A stretch of DNA of 64,000 bases from a bacterium. GTDB lineage: Bacteria; Patescibacteriota; Patescibacteriia; UBA10025. Below, piece by piece: positions 37,492 to 46,637 of the stretch. Position 1 is the stretch's first letter. The number at the start of each line of letters is the position of its first letter. Both the position numbers and the translations under genes were made by a program. The stretch spans positions 403,710-467,709 of the forward strand of contig JAKAGM010000001.1 of assembly GCA_021815445.1 (NCBI GenBank), in the 5' to 3' direction. The notes below the pieces were generated by a model that was not told the origin of the DNA, did not search any database, and worked only from the letters and a program-made list of their open reading frames with translations.

Positions 37492-39330
37492 CTACCTGCC
37501 CGTGAACACAGGCCTGCGCTTTTCGACGAACGCGGCCATACCTTCACCCTTGTCCGCGGTTGAAAACAGATTTTCCTCGACATCGACGCAGCTGAGGCCG
37601 AGATTCGCCACCATTCGAATGAGCGAACTGATGGCAAGCGGCGAAGTCGTATCAGTGATCTGCCTGGCAACCTCCACGGCCCGAAGCAGAAGCTCGTCGT
37701 GCGGAACGACTTCATTAGCGATCCCGAGGTCGAATGCTTCCCGTCCTGTGAATTTTCTCCACGGCTGAAAGAGCACCGTGGAGGCACGTGTGACTCCCGC
37801 GCGCTTCACCAGCCGCGCGACGCCGTCAAATCCAGGAACAATACCGAGAGTTGGCTCGGGAAATCCGCACTTCGCCAACTCCGACATGATGATGTAGTTG
37901 CACGCCAACGCGGTTTCAAGACCTCCGCCAAACGCGTAACCGTTCACAGCCGCGATCCATACCATTTCGGAGAGCTCAAGACCGCGGAGAGTCTCTACTC
38001 CCAAGGATGTGTATTCACGGCAACCTTCGTGATCCATGAGCTGCATCGCCTTGATGTCGGCTCCGCCAATGAATGCGGCTCCGGCCCCGGTCAGGATCAC
38101 GGCGCGGCACCCGCGTGTGATGAGGTCTTGGTGTATCGCCCGGAGTTGAAGCAGGATGCTCTCATTAAGCGCATTCATTGCCTCAGGGCGGTTGATCGTC
38201 ACGACGGCGATGCGGGTGAGCCCGTCATACTCCACGATGAAGTCGCTGGGAATCAGCGCCTTCGAAACATCTTCGGGAGGCATGATCCGCGGGAAAGTCC
38301 CGAACCGTTGAAGATGGTCCTGCACACACCTGTCGACATCCAGAAGCAGCATCTCGGCCATCATTTCACCCGGTCCTTTGGGCCAGGCGAGGCAGGTGCG
38401 GACAGCTCTGTCGACCTGGTAGAGTCCGCCCTCGATGTCAGGCGCGACGCGCAGAGCATTGGCAAAGATGAGTCCGCGGAAACGGTCGGCGAGTTTGTCG
38501 ACATGCAGCGAATCAGGATCGCCCTCCAGATTCCACTTCGCCTCTGATTCGACCTGTCTGGTGAGTACGTCCGGGATGACCACCCAGTCGCCGAGATACT
38601 TTTGCATGGGTTTCGCGGCGAGAGCGGTGACGGGCACGCCGGTAAAGTTCATCAGCCAGAACGGTCCCTTCTTGAACCCCGTGGCCTGTACGCCGGCCGC
38701 TTCGATGGTCGGAATATCGAATCCTTCCTGAAGCATGGCGCAGGCCTCGAGCAGGTACGGAACGAATATCCCGTTGACCACGAAACCGGACTGCCGCCCT
38801 TCCACGATGAACGGGAAACAGCCGATATCGAGGGCAAATTCCCTGAGTTTCTCGATGAGACCTTCGGGCGTGTTGGAATACCGGACGATCTCCACCCCGG
38901 GATTGACTTCCACGGGCGACATCGGGTGGAACCCTGCGTCAGCGCCGATGTCGGCGAGCGGAATTGCCGAAGTGACTGACACAATGGGCACCCCGTCCGG
39001 AATCACCTTGCGTGCCCGGCTGATGGCGTCTCCTTTGACATCGGCATCCTCGACAACAGCCTCGATGATCAGATCATCAGACCCGACATTTTGCAGTGAT
39101 GTAAAGCCGTGGGTCCACGATATGCGCCCCAGTATTTCAGCGTATCGGGCCTGCTTAAGCTTGCCCTTGCCCTTGGCTTCCTCGAGCCGTTTGACAACAC
39201 CTGCTCTCGACCTTTCGACAGCATCATAATTCACCTCAATGATGCTGACTCTTCTGCCTGTCTTGGCGATACGGATGGCAAGGCCTCCGCCTATCCATCC
39301 GCCGCCGATGATGATGACTTTCTGGAACAT
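37492..39330 (-). CDS. 3-hydroxyacyl-CoA dehydrogenase / enoyl-CoA hydratase fusion (HAD N-terminal, ECH C-terminal)
   Basis: GGGWIGGG, IIEAVVED..VK, GFVVN, GPF; NRPEAMNAL, F.GGADI, AVNGYAFGGGLE, PE..LG.VPG; SD AGGAGGG. Confidence 0.9.
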   Translation of the reverse strand: MFQKVIIIGGGWIGGGLAIRIAKTGRRVSIIEVNYDAVERSRAGVVKRLEEAKGKGKLKQARYAEILGRISWTHGFTSLQNVGSDDLIIEAVVEDADVKGDAISRARKVIPDGVPIVSVTSAIPLADIGADAGFHPMSPVEVNPGVEIVRYSNTPEGLIEKLREFALDIGCFPFIVEGRQSGFVVNGIFVPYLLEACAMLQEGFDIPTIEAAGVQATGFKKGPFWLMNFTGVPVTALAAKPMQKYLGDWVVIPDVLTRQVESEAKWNLEGDPDSLHVDKLADRFRGLIFANALRVAPDIEGGLYQVDRAVRTCLAWPKGPGEMMAEMLLLDVDRCVQDHLQRFGTFPRIMPPEDVSKALIPSDFIVEYDGLTRIAVVTINRPEAMNALNESILLQLRAIHQDLITRGCRAVILTGAGAAFIGGADIKAMQLMDHEGCREYTSLGVETLRGLELSEMVWIAAVNGYAFGGGLETALACNYIIMSELAKCGFPEPTLGIVPGFDGVARLVKRAGVTRASTVLFQPWRKFTGREAFDLGIANEVVPHDELLLRAVEVARQITDTTSPLAISSLIRMVANLGLSCVDVEENLFSTADKGEGMAAFVEKRRPVFTGR

Positions 39331-39489
39331 AGTCCCTCCTGTGGAACGGGTGAGAGTAACATGGACTTCAACAATGAATACGTAACAAAACGTTGTTCAC
39401 GGGTTGGCAAAGAACATAACAAGCAAAAACTTGTTTCGATACCGTACCAAGAACTCCCCGCTGAGTCAAGAGTATTCGACGATTAATAA

Positions 39490-39624
39490 CAGCGAGGAGG
39501 CGGGATTCGAAATCCCGCTACAGGGTGCGTCGGCCGGATTTCCTTCGGGCCCGCCTTCGCCCTGAAGGGCTCTCCTCGAATCTGAGACTCTCGAGTCGAA
39601 GACAGAATCCGGCCTACTCACAAT
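39490..39624 (-). repeat. REP-like hairpin doublet, copy 3, with a 62-bp insertion in the second hairpin loop
   Basis: ggccggatt[39541-39602]cagaatccggcctactcacaat. Confidence 0.85.
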
Positions 39625-39657
39625 AAAAAGCAGCCCCGGGTTACTCCAAGGCTGCTT
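39625..39657 (-). terminator. intrinsic terminator of the cupredoxin gene
   Basis: aagcagcc...ggctgctt plus U-tract on the minus strand. Confidence 0.75.
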
Positions 39658-39683
39658 GTCTAACTGCTAACTACTGTGGCTAT

Positions 39684-40232
39684 TTACTGCACGATAACTG
39701 TTCCTGTCACCGACGGATTAGTATGATCGTGGTAGCCGTAGGTGCCTGCGGTATTGAAGGTCTTCTGGTACATGTCGCCGGGTGCCTCAATCTGTTTCGG
39801 ATCGTCCCATATGCCGGGATACGCGTCATGGGTCGGGTGAGGATTCGGGGCAACCTGGTGCGATGCGGTGTCGTTGTTCAGCCACGTGACTGTCTGGCCG
39901 GCTGTTATCGTCACCGTCTGAGGAATGAACCCTGATGAGGTGATATTAACAGTCTTTCCCTGACTTATCGTGGCCGTATTGGTGTTAGCTGAGCTGTTTG
40001 TGTTTGCAGCTGCGTTCACGCTGGTTGAGCTGTTCGTGACAGAACTATTAACGTTGAGACCTGCATTGGTGTTGAGGTTGGTGTTCAGGTTCACAGATGT
40101 GTTGGTCAGCGTCGACGTATTAAGGGTGGTATTCGTCGTGTTCGTGTTGGCATTATTGTTGTTGCCTGAAAGGGCAAACCACACGATTCCCGCGACCGCG
40201 AGCACTCCCACAATGATGAGGAGAATTTTCAT
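39684..40232 (-). CDS. exported cupredoxin/plastocyanin-like protein with Asn/Thr-rich linker
   Basis: F.PQTVTI.AG.TVTW.N.D...H, HPTH, GTY.YHDH.....TGTVIV. Confidence 0.85.
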   Translation of the reverse strand: MKILLIIVGVLAVAGIVWFALSGNNNNANTNTTNTTLNTSTLTNTSVNLNTNLNTNAGLNVNSSVTNSSTSVNAAANTNSSANTNTATISQGKTVNITSSGFIPQTVTITAGQTVTWLNNDTASHQVAPNPHPTHDAYPGIWDDPKQIEAPGDMYQKTFNTAGTYGYHDHTNPSVTGTVIVQ

Positions 40233-40392
40233 ACGCGATTGAAATAAGTATTAAGGTATTAATCGATCTTCCTGGCAAGCCAGGTCAAAAGGTGAAATGT
40301 AAACTACTCCCCTACTACAGAGTGTAATACATGTTGATATTTATATCAACACAACCTGAAAACGAGCTTAAGGCTCTCCAGATCCACCGCTT

Positions 40393-41697
40393 TTACCGCC
40401 ACTCAAGGCCTTGGCGAACAAGCAACTCTGATGCGCGCAGCGGTTCGGCCATGAGTTCCTTGGTAATTTTTTCCATCCGTGCGACCTGTGATCCTTTCAC
40501 AAGCACCACGTCGCCTTCTTTTAACTCGCGTTGGATATACCTGCCAGCCTCTTCGGCATTGGGAAACATGCTGATGTTGCTTTCAGCGAATCCGGCTTCA
40601 ACTGCAGCCTGGGCAATGATTTTTGCTTTTTCACCGACTACGACGAGAAGGTCGAGTCCTGACTTCGCCGCATATCTGCCTACGTCTTCATGCTCGCGGA
40701 CAGTCGCATCGCCCAGCTCAGCCATCTCTCCCAGGGCGGCGATTCGCCTGCCCCGGACATCCAGCGCCTTGAGCGTATCAAGCGCGGCCTTAGCGGCTCG
40801 CGGGGAGGAGTTGTAACTGTCGTCGATGATGCGGGTATATTTTATCCCGGGAAGCAAATTCATCCTGCCAGGCGGTGAAACGAAATTTTTGAGCGCGCCG
40901 GCTATCTCATGGAGATTCAGCCCGAACGAAATTCCCACCGCAGCCGCGGCCAGGCCGGCAAGCACCTGGTGGGAGCCGAGCACGGAAGGTAAAAACACGG
41001 GTACGGTGCTGCCGCGGTAAGACATCTTATAGCTGATCCCGCTGACGCCCGTCGGCGCCTGATCTGGGTTTATCGGCCCTTCGCTTACTGTGGCTTCGAG
41101 CGAGCGCACGTCTGCCGTCTCGGCAAACCCGTACGTAATGACAGTCGCCCGGGTCTTTTCCCGCATGGCGAGGACGGACGGGTCGTCAGCATTGAGCACG
41201 GCAAAACCTTCCTTGAAAAGCTGGGAGACCATTTTTCGTTTTTCCGTGATGACGCGGTCCAAGGTTTTAAAGTATTCTAGATGGACTTCACTGACCGCAG
41301 TAACGACGCCGACGGTGCACGGGGCAAACGACGTCAGGTATTCTATGTCGCCTGTCTTATCAGCTCCCATCTCGAGGACGAGGACTTCAGGATAATTCGC
41401 ATCGCGGAAGCAGATCAGGCGCAGGGCCCGGAAAAAAACCCCGAGCCAGATAAAAAGATTTTTTCCTCCGCTTTCTTCGCCCAGAATGGCCAAGGGCACG
41501 CCGATTTCATTATTGTAATTCTTCATGTTTTTCCTGACGCGAAAACCAGCCCGCAGGACGGTGGCAATCGCATCCTTTGTCGACGTCTTGCCCACGCTTC
41601 CTGTGACGCCGACTATCTTGGGATGATATTTTCTCACAACAATTCCCGCAAGTATTTTCAGTTTCCACTCTAGTACTTTTTTGAAATACGATGTCAT
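40393..41697 (-). CDS. murF: UDP-MurNAc-tripeptide:D-Ala-D-Ala ligase
   Basis: VTGSVGKTSTK, NNEIGVP, LEMG, IDDSYNSSP, LGEMAELG, LVKGS. Confidence 0.93.
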   Translation of the reverse strand: MTSYFKKVLEWKLKILAGIVVRKYHPKIVGVTGSVGKTSTKDAIATVLRAGFRVRKNMKNYNNEIGVPLAILGEESGGKNLFIWLGVFFRALRLICFRDANYPEVLVLEMGADKTGDIEYLTSFAPCTVGVVTAVSEVHLEYFKTLDRVITEKRKMVSQLFKEGFAVLNADDPSVLAMREKTRATVITYGFAETADVRSLEATVSEGPINPDQAPTGVSGISYKMSYRGSTVPVFLPSVLGSHQVLAGLAAAAVGISFGLNLHEIAGALKNFVSPPGRMNLLPGIKYTRIIDDSYNSSPRAAKAALDTLKALDVRGRRIAALGEMAELGDATVREHEDVGRYAAKSGLDLLVVVGEKAKIIAQAAVEAGFAESNISMFPNAEEAGRYIQRELKEGDVVLVKGSQVARMEKITKELMAEPLRASELLVRQGLEWR

Positions 41698-41704
41698 AGG
41701 AAAA

Positions 41705-43465
41705 TTATTTTTTCTGGACATCCACCTCGGGCGGAACCCCGAAATAGTTTAGCATGAACCGCGCCATATCCCCGAAAACAGGCGCAGCGGTGCTCTCGGC
41801 GAATTTGACGTCTTTGGGACGGTCAATTTTTACCAGCATCACAAATTTTGGATTGTCCACCGGGGCGAACCCGACGAACGTTCCTATTGTCTGGCTGGGA
41901 TCGTATCCGCGCGCTCCCTGGAGAGGTATTTGCGCGGTGCCCGTCTTTCCGGCGACGAAATATCCGGGAACTCCGGCTTGTTTGCCGTGCCCGTTTTGGA
42001 CCACATTCACCATCATCGCCTGCACCTTCACGGCTGTTTCGGGGGAAATGACCTGGCGAACCGTCACGGGTTTCGTCGTATCCGTCGTCCCGTCGCGATG
42101 AATGACCTGGTCCACCACGTAGGGCTTTACCATCATGCCGTCATTCGCGATCGCGCCGTACGCCGTAATCAGCTGGATGGGAGTGACGCTAATGCCCTGG
42201 CCGAAAGATCCCGTCGCCATATATATTTCTTTGTGCTGGGCGAGCGCCGAGATATCGCCGCTTTGCTCGGACTTGACGTCGATGCCCGTCTTTTCTCCGA
42301 AGCCGAACCTTTTGATGTACTCTTCGAATTTTTCCGGGCCAATTTGCCTCGAGGCGAAAATTGCGCCGGTATTGAGCGACTGCTCGAGAACCTGCGTCAT
42401 CGTATTGACCCCGTGGGCCTTGTCATCGGAATTTTTTATAATGTACTTCCCTATCTGGACGCTCCCCGTGTCGGTATACGTCGTATTGGGAGTGATTTTT
42501 CCTTCATTGAGCGCTGCGGCCATGGTGATAGATTTGAACACCGAGCCTGGCTCATAGACATTGTATGTCGACGGGTTTACAAAAACATTGATGTCTTTCA
42601 CATCCTGGTAGGCATTCGGGTCAAAATCGGGGGACCCGCACATTGCGATGATCTTCCCCGTCGACGGTTCCATGATGATGAGCGCTCCGCCCGTCGCGCC
42701 GTGCTTTTGGACAGCGGCATCGAGCTCGGTACACGCCTTGTATTGGATGGTCCTGTCGATAGTCAGCACAATGTCGCTGCCGTCTTTTTTCTGCGAAAGC
42801 GTCTTGGACCCTATTGTTATAGATTGTCCGCCGGCATCCCGAGTCCCCTGAAGGAAGCCGTTGGTTCCTGCAAGCTCTTTATCCCAGTATCCCTCTACCC
42901 CGTATTGCCCGACGCGCAGGTCATCCTGATACCCGACGAACCCGAGAAGCTGGCTCCCGATATTCTTTTCCGGGTAATACCTGCTCGTCTCGCGCTCAAA
43001 TCCTATCCCGGTGATATTCAAATTTTGTATCTGTTCCACGACATTCCTTTCTACCTGCTTTTTAAGCGGTTCATAGGCATCACCGGACTTTTGCAGGTGC
43101 GGCAGAATATCCCCCGCCGGCATCTGGAGAAGCCCGCTGAGTTCGTCGGCCACTTTAGGCGCGTCTTTTACGATCCGCGGATCGGCATATACCAGATAGT
43201 AGTCTTTATTGGCGGCAAGGGGAACCAGTTTCCCGTCTTCATGGACAAAGATCTCCCCCCTGTCGGCCAGGAGGAGCGACGAAAGATTGTGCTGGTTTTG
43301 GGCCAGCGCAGCGTAGAATCCGTATTGAAATATCTGTATATGGCCGAGGCGCATGACAACGGCAGCCCCGAAAATAAAAAGGCAGACGGCGACAAAACGG
43401 ATCCTGTCGAATGACCCTCCCTGCTTGGTATTTCTTTTTTTATAGGCGATCATAGGGGCTATCAT
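41705..43465 (-). CDS. ftsI: class B penicillin-binding protein (FtsI-like)
   Basis: RG.I, R.YP, LTID..IQ, EPGSVFK (SxxK), SLN, GQG, KTGTAQ. Confidence 0.92.
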   Translation of the reverse strand: MIAPMIAYKKRNTKQGGSFDRIRFVAVCLFIFGAAVVMRLGHIQIFQYGFYAALAQNQHNLSSLLLADRGEIFVHEDGKLVPLAANKDYYLVYADPRIVKDAPKVADELSGLLQMPAGDILPHLQKSGDAYEPLKKQVERNVVEQIQNLNITGIGFERETSRYYPEKNIGSQLLGFVGYQDDLRVGQYGVEGYWDKELAGTNGFLQGTRDAGGQSITIGSKTLSQKKDGSDIVLTIDRTIQYKACTELDAAVQKHGATGGALIIMEPSTGKIIAMCGSPDFDPNAYQDVKDINVFVNPSTYNVYEPGSVFKSITMAAALNEGKITPNTTYTDTGSVQIGKYIIKNSDDKAHGVNTMTQVLEQSLNTGAIFASRQIGPEKFEEYIKRFGFGEKTGIDVKSEQSGDISALAQHKEIYMATGSFGQGISVTPIQLITAYGAIANDGMMVKPYVVDQVIHRDGTTDTTKPVTVRQVISPETAVKVQAMMVNVVQNGHGKQAGVPGYFVAGKTGTAQIPLQGARGYDPSQTIGTFVGFAPVDNPKFVMLVKIDRPKDVKFAESTAAPVFGDMARFMLNYFGVPPEVDVQKK

Positions 43466-43551
43466 AGCGAAAAAGGCCTCTCGGGATCAAGCGGTGTCCG
43501 GCAGAGGTATTTCACAGGATGCCGCCCTGGCGCCCGCACAGGTCCCGGACA

Positions 43552-43938
43552 CTAGCGGGATGCCACAGCCGCACCGCCGACAGAGGGCAGATATTGCACA
43601 GAGTCAGCCGCCACCATCTGCATGCGGGAGCCCGCTTCCTGGATCGCAGCCATGGATTGCAGCTCCGCCCGCGAGAGATCGAGCTGGCGGTATTCCCTCT
43701 TTGACTTATCTATATTGCGCTGGAGCTCTTCCAGTTGGTATCCGCCGACCGAGGTTTGATTGATCACGAAGAGGTACGACAGTCCGGCAAAGACTATCAG
43801 CGCGATAAGAACCACGTTCAGCGTCATGCTGTCCATGCGGATGCCGCCGAAAATGTTCGGGAATATCCCGTGTTGTCTCCCTGAACGCAGCGCTGTCCGG
43901 CGAAAACGCTGTGGGTGTGTTTGTGAGAAGGATGTCAT
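43552..43938 (-). CDS. FtsL-like cell division protein
   Basis: TM helix plus coiled coil, located between rsmH and ftsI. Confidence 0.7.
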   Translation of the reverse strand: MTSFSQTHPQRFRRTALRSGRQHGIFPNIFGGIRMDSMTLNVVLIALIVFAGLSYLFVINQTSVGGYQLEELQRNIDKSKREYRQLDLSRAELQSMAAIQEAGSRMQMVAADSVQYLPSVGGAAVASR

Positions 43939-44870
43939 AATTCTTTTTGTATTGCGCGGAGCTTGGCGCTCCGGCTTGATGGGTTTGTTTTCCGCTCTTC
44001 GTCTGTCGGCACGACAGGCTTCTTGGTCAAAAGAGTGGCATGTGCGGCTCGCGATTCTGAACGAAAAAAGTTTTTAATTATTCTGTCTTCAGCTGAGTGA
44101 AAAGCTATAACGGCGAGACGGCCGCCGGGCGCAAGCAGTGAGAGCGCCTGCGGCAGCGCGCGTTCGAGATTCCCAAGCTCGTCATTCACCGCGATACGCA
44201 GTGCCTGGAAAACTCGGGTTGCAGGATGCAGTCCTCCGACCCAGGGTATTTCTTTTCGAGAGTGCAGGGTATTCCGGATAACCAGGAGTACGGCCTCAGA
44301 AAGCTGCCGCGTCGTTGTAAATTTTTGTTGCCGTCTGACTCGGCAAATATGCGCGGCAAGTGGATAAGAAAATTTCTCTTGGCCATACTCCTGGAAAACC
44401 CAGATGAGCTTGTCCATCGGCCACTGGTTGACAACGTCAGCAGCTGTCACCGTGAGTGACCGATCAAGACGCATATCAAGGGGCGCATCACGTTCAAACG
44501 AAAATCCATGAGTTCCTTCCTTTACCTCAAACCGGGAGAGACCAAGGTCAAACAGGATACCGTTCACGGGCTTCCCATCGAGATGGGGAGCCGCGGCGCT
44601 CTCCAGGTGAGAAAAGTTCTCATGGAGAACGGTGAAATGCCCGGCATAGCGCCGCAGTCTGTGCTTCGCGCGCTCGATACTCTCAGCATCGAGCTCAAAA
44701 GCGATCAGTCTGCCGGCGTGTTGACCTTCGTTATCTGGTGCGATGCGTTCAAGCATGGGTAACGCATGACCGCCTTCGCCGAGAGTACAGTCGATGACCG
44801 TATCCCCCGGTTTGAGATTAAGGAAACGAAGTGTTTCTGTCAGGAGGACTGGGATGTGAATGTGCTGCAT
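43935..44870 (-). CDS. rsmH: 16S rRNA C1402 N4-methyltransferase
   Basis: HIPVLL.E, DCTLGEGGH, DLG.S, PLDMR, FQALRIAVN.EL, FHS.EDR, RSAKLR. Confidence 0.97.
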   Translation of the reverse strand: MQHIHIPVLLTETLRFLNLKPGDTVIDCTLGEGGHALPMLERIAPDNEGQHAGRLIAFELDAESIERAKHRLRRYAGHFTVLHENFSHLESAAAPHLDGKPVNGILFDLGLSRFEVKEGTHGFSFERDAPLDMRLDRSLTVTAADVVNQWPMDKLIWVFQEYGQEKFSYPLAAHICRVRRQQKFTTTRQLSEAVLLVIRNTLHSRKEIPWVGGLHPATRVFQALRIAVNDELGNLERALPQALSLLAPGGRLAVIAFHSAEDRIIKNFFRSESRAAHATLLTKKPVVPTDEERKTNPSSRSAKLRAIQKEL

Positions 44871-44910
44871 ACGTGCCTCTGCTTACAGCCGCTGGGCCGT
44901 AAGCGGCGAA

Positions 44911-45342
44911 TCATACTCCGAGATCCCCAAGCGCTTCCGCGATATCAGTACTCTTGCCTTCTGTTCCTTTCCTATATTGATTCCATCTGGTCTGGTCCCA
45001 AATTTCGAGTCTGTTATACAGGCCGGTAACAACGACGTTTTTCTTGAGTGTCGCGAATGTGCGAAGGTAATCAGGCATGACAACTCTCCCCTGCTTATCA
45101 ATATCAAGCTCCATGGCTCCTGCGAGCATCATGCGGGCAAAGGCCCTTGTGTTCGCTTTGGAAATCGGGAGCTTCGCGAGCCGGTCGGCAAGCGCAAGCC
45201 AGTCTTTCTGCGGGTAGACGAACAGACAATTATCCAGACCGCGGGTGACTACGGCGCCGTTGCGGAATGCTGAACGGAACTTGACCGGAATGGCCAGCCG
45301 TCCCTTTTCGTCTAATGAATGATAGTATTCTCCGATAAACAT
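44911..45342 (-). CDS. mraZ: division/cell-wall cluster transcriptional regulator
   Basis: MFIGEY.HSLDEKGRLAIP...DKQGR...EIW. Confidence 0.97.
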   Translation of the reverse strand: MFIGEYYHSLDEKGRLAIPVKFRSAFRNGAVVTRGLDNCLFVYPQKDWLALADRLAKLPISKANTRAFARMMLAGAMELDIDKQGRVVMPDYLRTFATLKKNVVVTGLYNRLEIWDQTRWNQYRKGTEGKSTDIAEALGDLGV

Positions 45343-45399
45343 ACTTCTCTATATAGAGCTAGCGGACGTTTTAGGTTATGCACTTGTGCACAGTACTTA

Positions 45400-45450
45400 T
45401 CCCCACTTTTATCCACTTCTTACCCTTCTACTCCATTTTACACCACATTT
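45400..45450 (-). promoter_or_regulatory. MraZ-binding direct repeats
   Basis: GTGG-like boxes on the minus strand with an exact 10-bp period (ccac 45403, 45413, 45443; variants at 45423, 45433) upstream of mraZ. Confidence 0.75.
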
Positions 45451-45668
45451 TGCCTTTCGTCAACCACAACACATTGTCCACAGCAAGGTCAACCCCGCCG
45501 CTCGTAAGCGATAGGGAGGACCTTTTCTGCGACGGCAAATCCCCTGCCTTAGGTTTGACTCGGATCCATGATAGCGGGGGTCAAAAAGTCAGAGAGAACT
45601 TGTCCTGCCTCATAAATATTGATAAAATACTTTAATTGTTCATTCGTTCTTTAACCCCGGAGGGTACC

Positions 45669-46448
45669 TTGAAAACATTACATACGTTACTCGCTATCAG
45701 TCTATATGTGCTCGTCGTCGGAACAATCGCGCGTGCGACGGACGATCCCATCTATTTGTTTGGCGATGATGCACAGAAGGTACTTGATTCGCTTGAAGAC
45801 GCCAAGTCTGATGGCTTCCTTCACATGGGCATTCTTGCTCATAACCTGTCGTTCTCGACAAAAAAAGCGAAGATGACGGGCCGCGCCGAAGAATACCTCA
45901 GTCTCGTGCGACTCAAAGGCGGGTACACCGATACGCTGAGGGTCTATGAATGCCTGCTGACGCTCTTATCCCTTCGCGACGAGAACATCCTGAAAAAAGG
46001 AGTTGGTTTCATCAGCGGATTCGTGGGGCTTCAATCGCCTGAAGATGAAATACGGGAAGTATTCATGTGCCTCTCGCGTGAGATTGACCGACAGCCGGAT
46101 AACATGGCTTTTCATCTAATTCGAGCGGCTGCGGCGGTAGAAGTCGCCGGGGTAATGCCTGACCTGCTGCCAATGGCGAATGAGGACCTCGTGCAAATAG
46201 CTTTTCTGTCCGCTCACCAGATGGACGAGGACTCGACTCACCGATTCTACTCCGCACTGGTTAGTGCGAAGTACCGCTACCTCCTTGCAAAAACAAGCGG
46301 CAGCGTGTGGGATTCACGGCGCATGCTCCTCGAGTCCCATGGATGTATGGTTCAAGCGTCAGCATACGCCCGGGGTAAATGGCAACCAGGAGAAATCATT
46401 CTCTGGAATGATCGCATCGAGAAGCTTTTCAGGGAGTTGGACAATTAA
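45669..46448 (+). CDS. secreted helical hypothetical protein
   Basis: TTG start after GGAGGG; signal peptide ending ARA; terminator at 46459-46487. Confidence 0.7.
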   Translation: MKTLHTLLAISLYVLVVGTIARATDDPIYLFGDDAQKVLDSLEDAKSDGFLHMGILAHNLSFSTKKAKMTGRAEEYLSLVRLKGGYTDTLRVYECLLTLLSLRDENILKKGVGFISGFVGLQSPEDEIREVFMCLSREIDRQPDNMAFHLIRAAAAVEVAGVMPDLLPMANEDLVQIAFLSAHQMDEDSTHRFYSALVSAKYRYLLAKTSGSVWDSRRMLLESHGCMVQASAYARGKWQPGEIILWNDRIEKLFRELDN

Positions 46449-46637
46449 TCGAATACGCGGGCGGCCTTCGACGGTGCGCCCTTTTTTCATTTGTTCATTT
46501 AGATCTACCGCTAACACAAACCGGCCTAAACTAGTTTTGTCTGGCACTACGAGTACCTATACAACCTCATTCAGCGTTTCGTTTCCCTGCTTGATGTTTG
46601 ATTACTCGGCGATGAATAGATGGCAATTAAGCCTTGA

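Noticed and set aside
35356-39624. Repeats considered as a CRISPR array or integron attC sites
   Set aside because: Copies are about 2 kb apart with no spacer periodicity and no cas genes. No tyrosine integrase or clear RYYYAAC/GTTRRRY boxes were seen. The GTAG-hairpin form fits REPs.
39970-40165. Repetitive gtgtt/gttg-rich DNA
   Set aside because: Encodes the Asn/Thr low-complexity linker of the cupredoxin protein.
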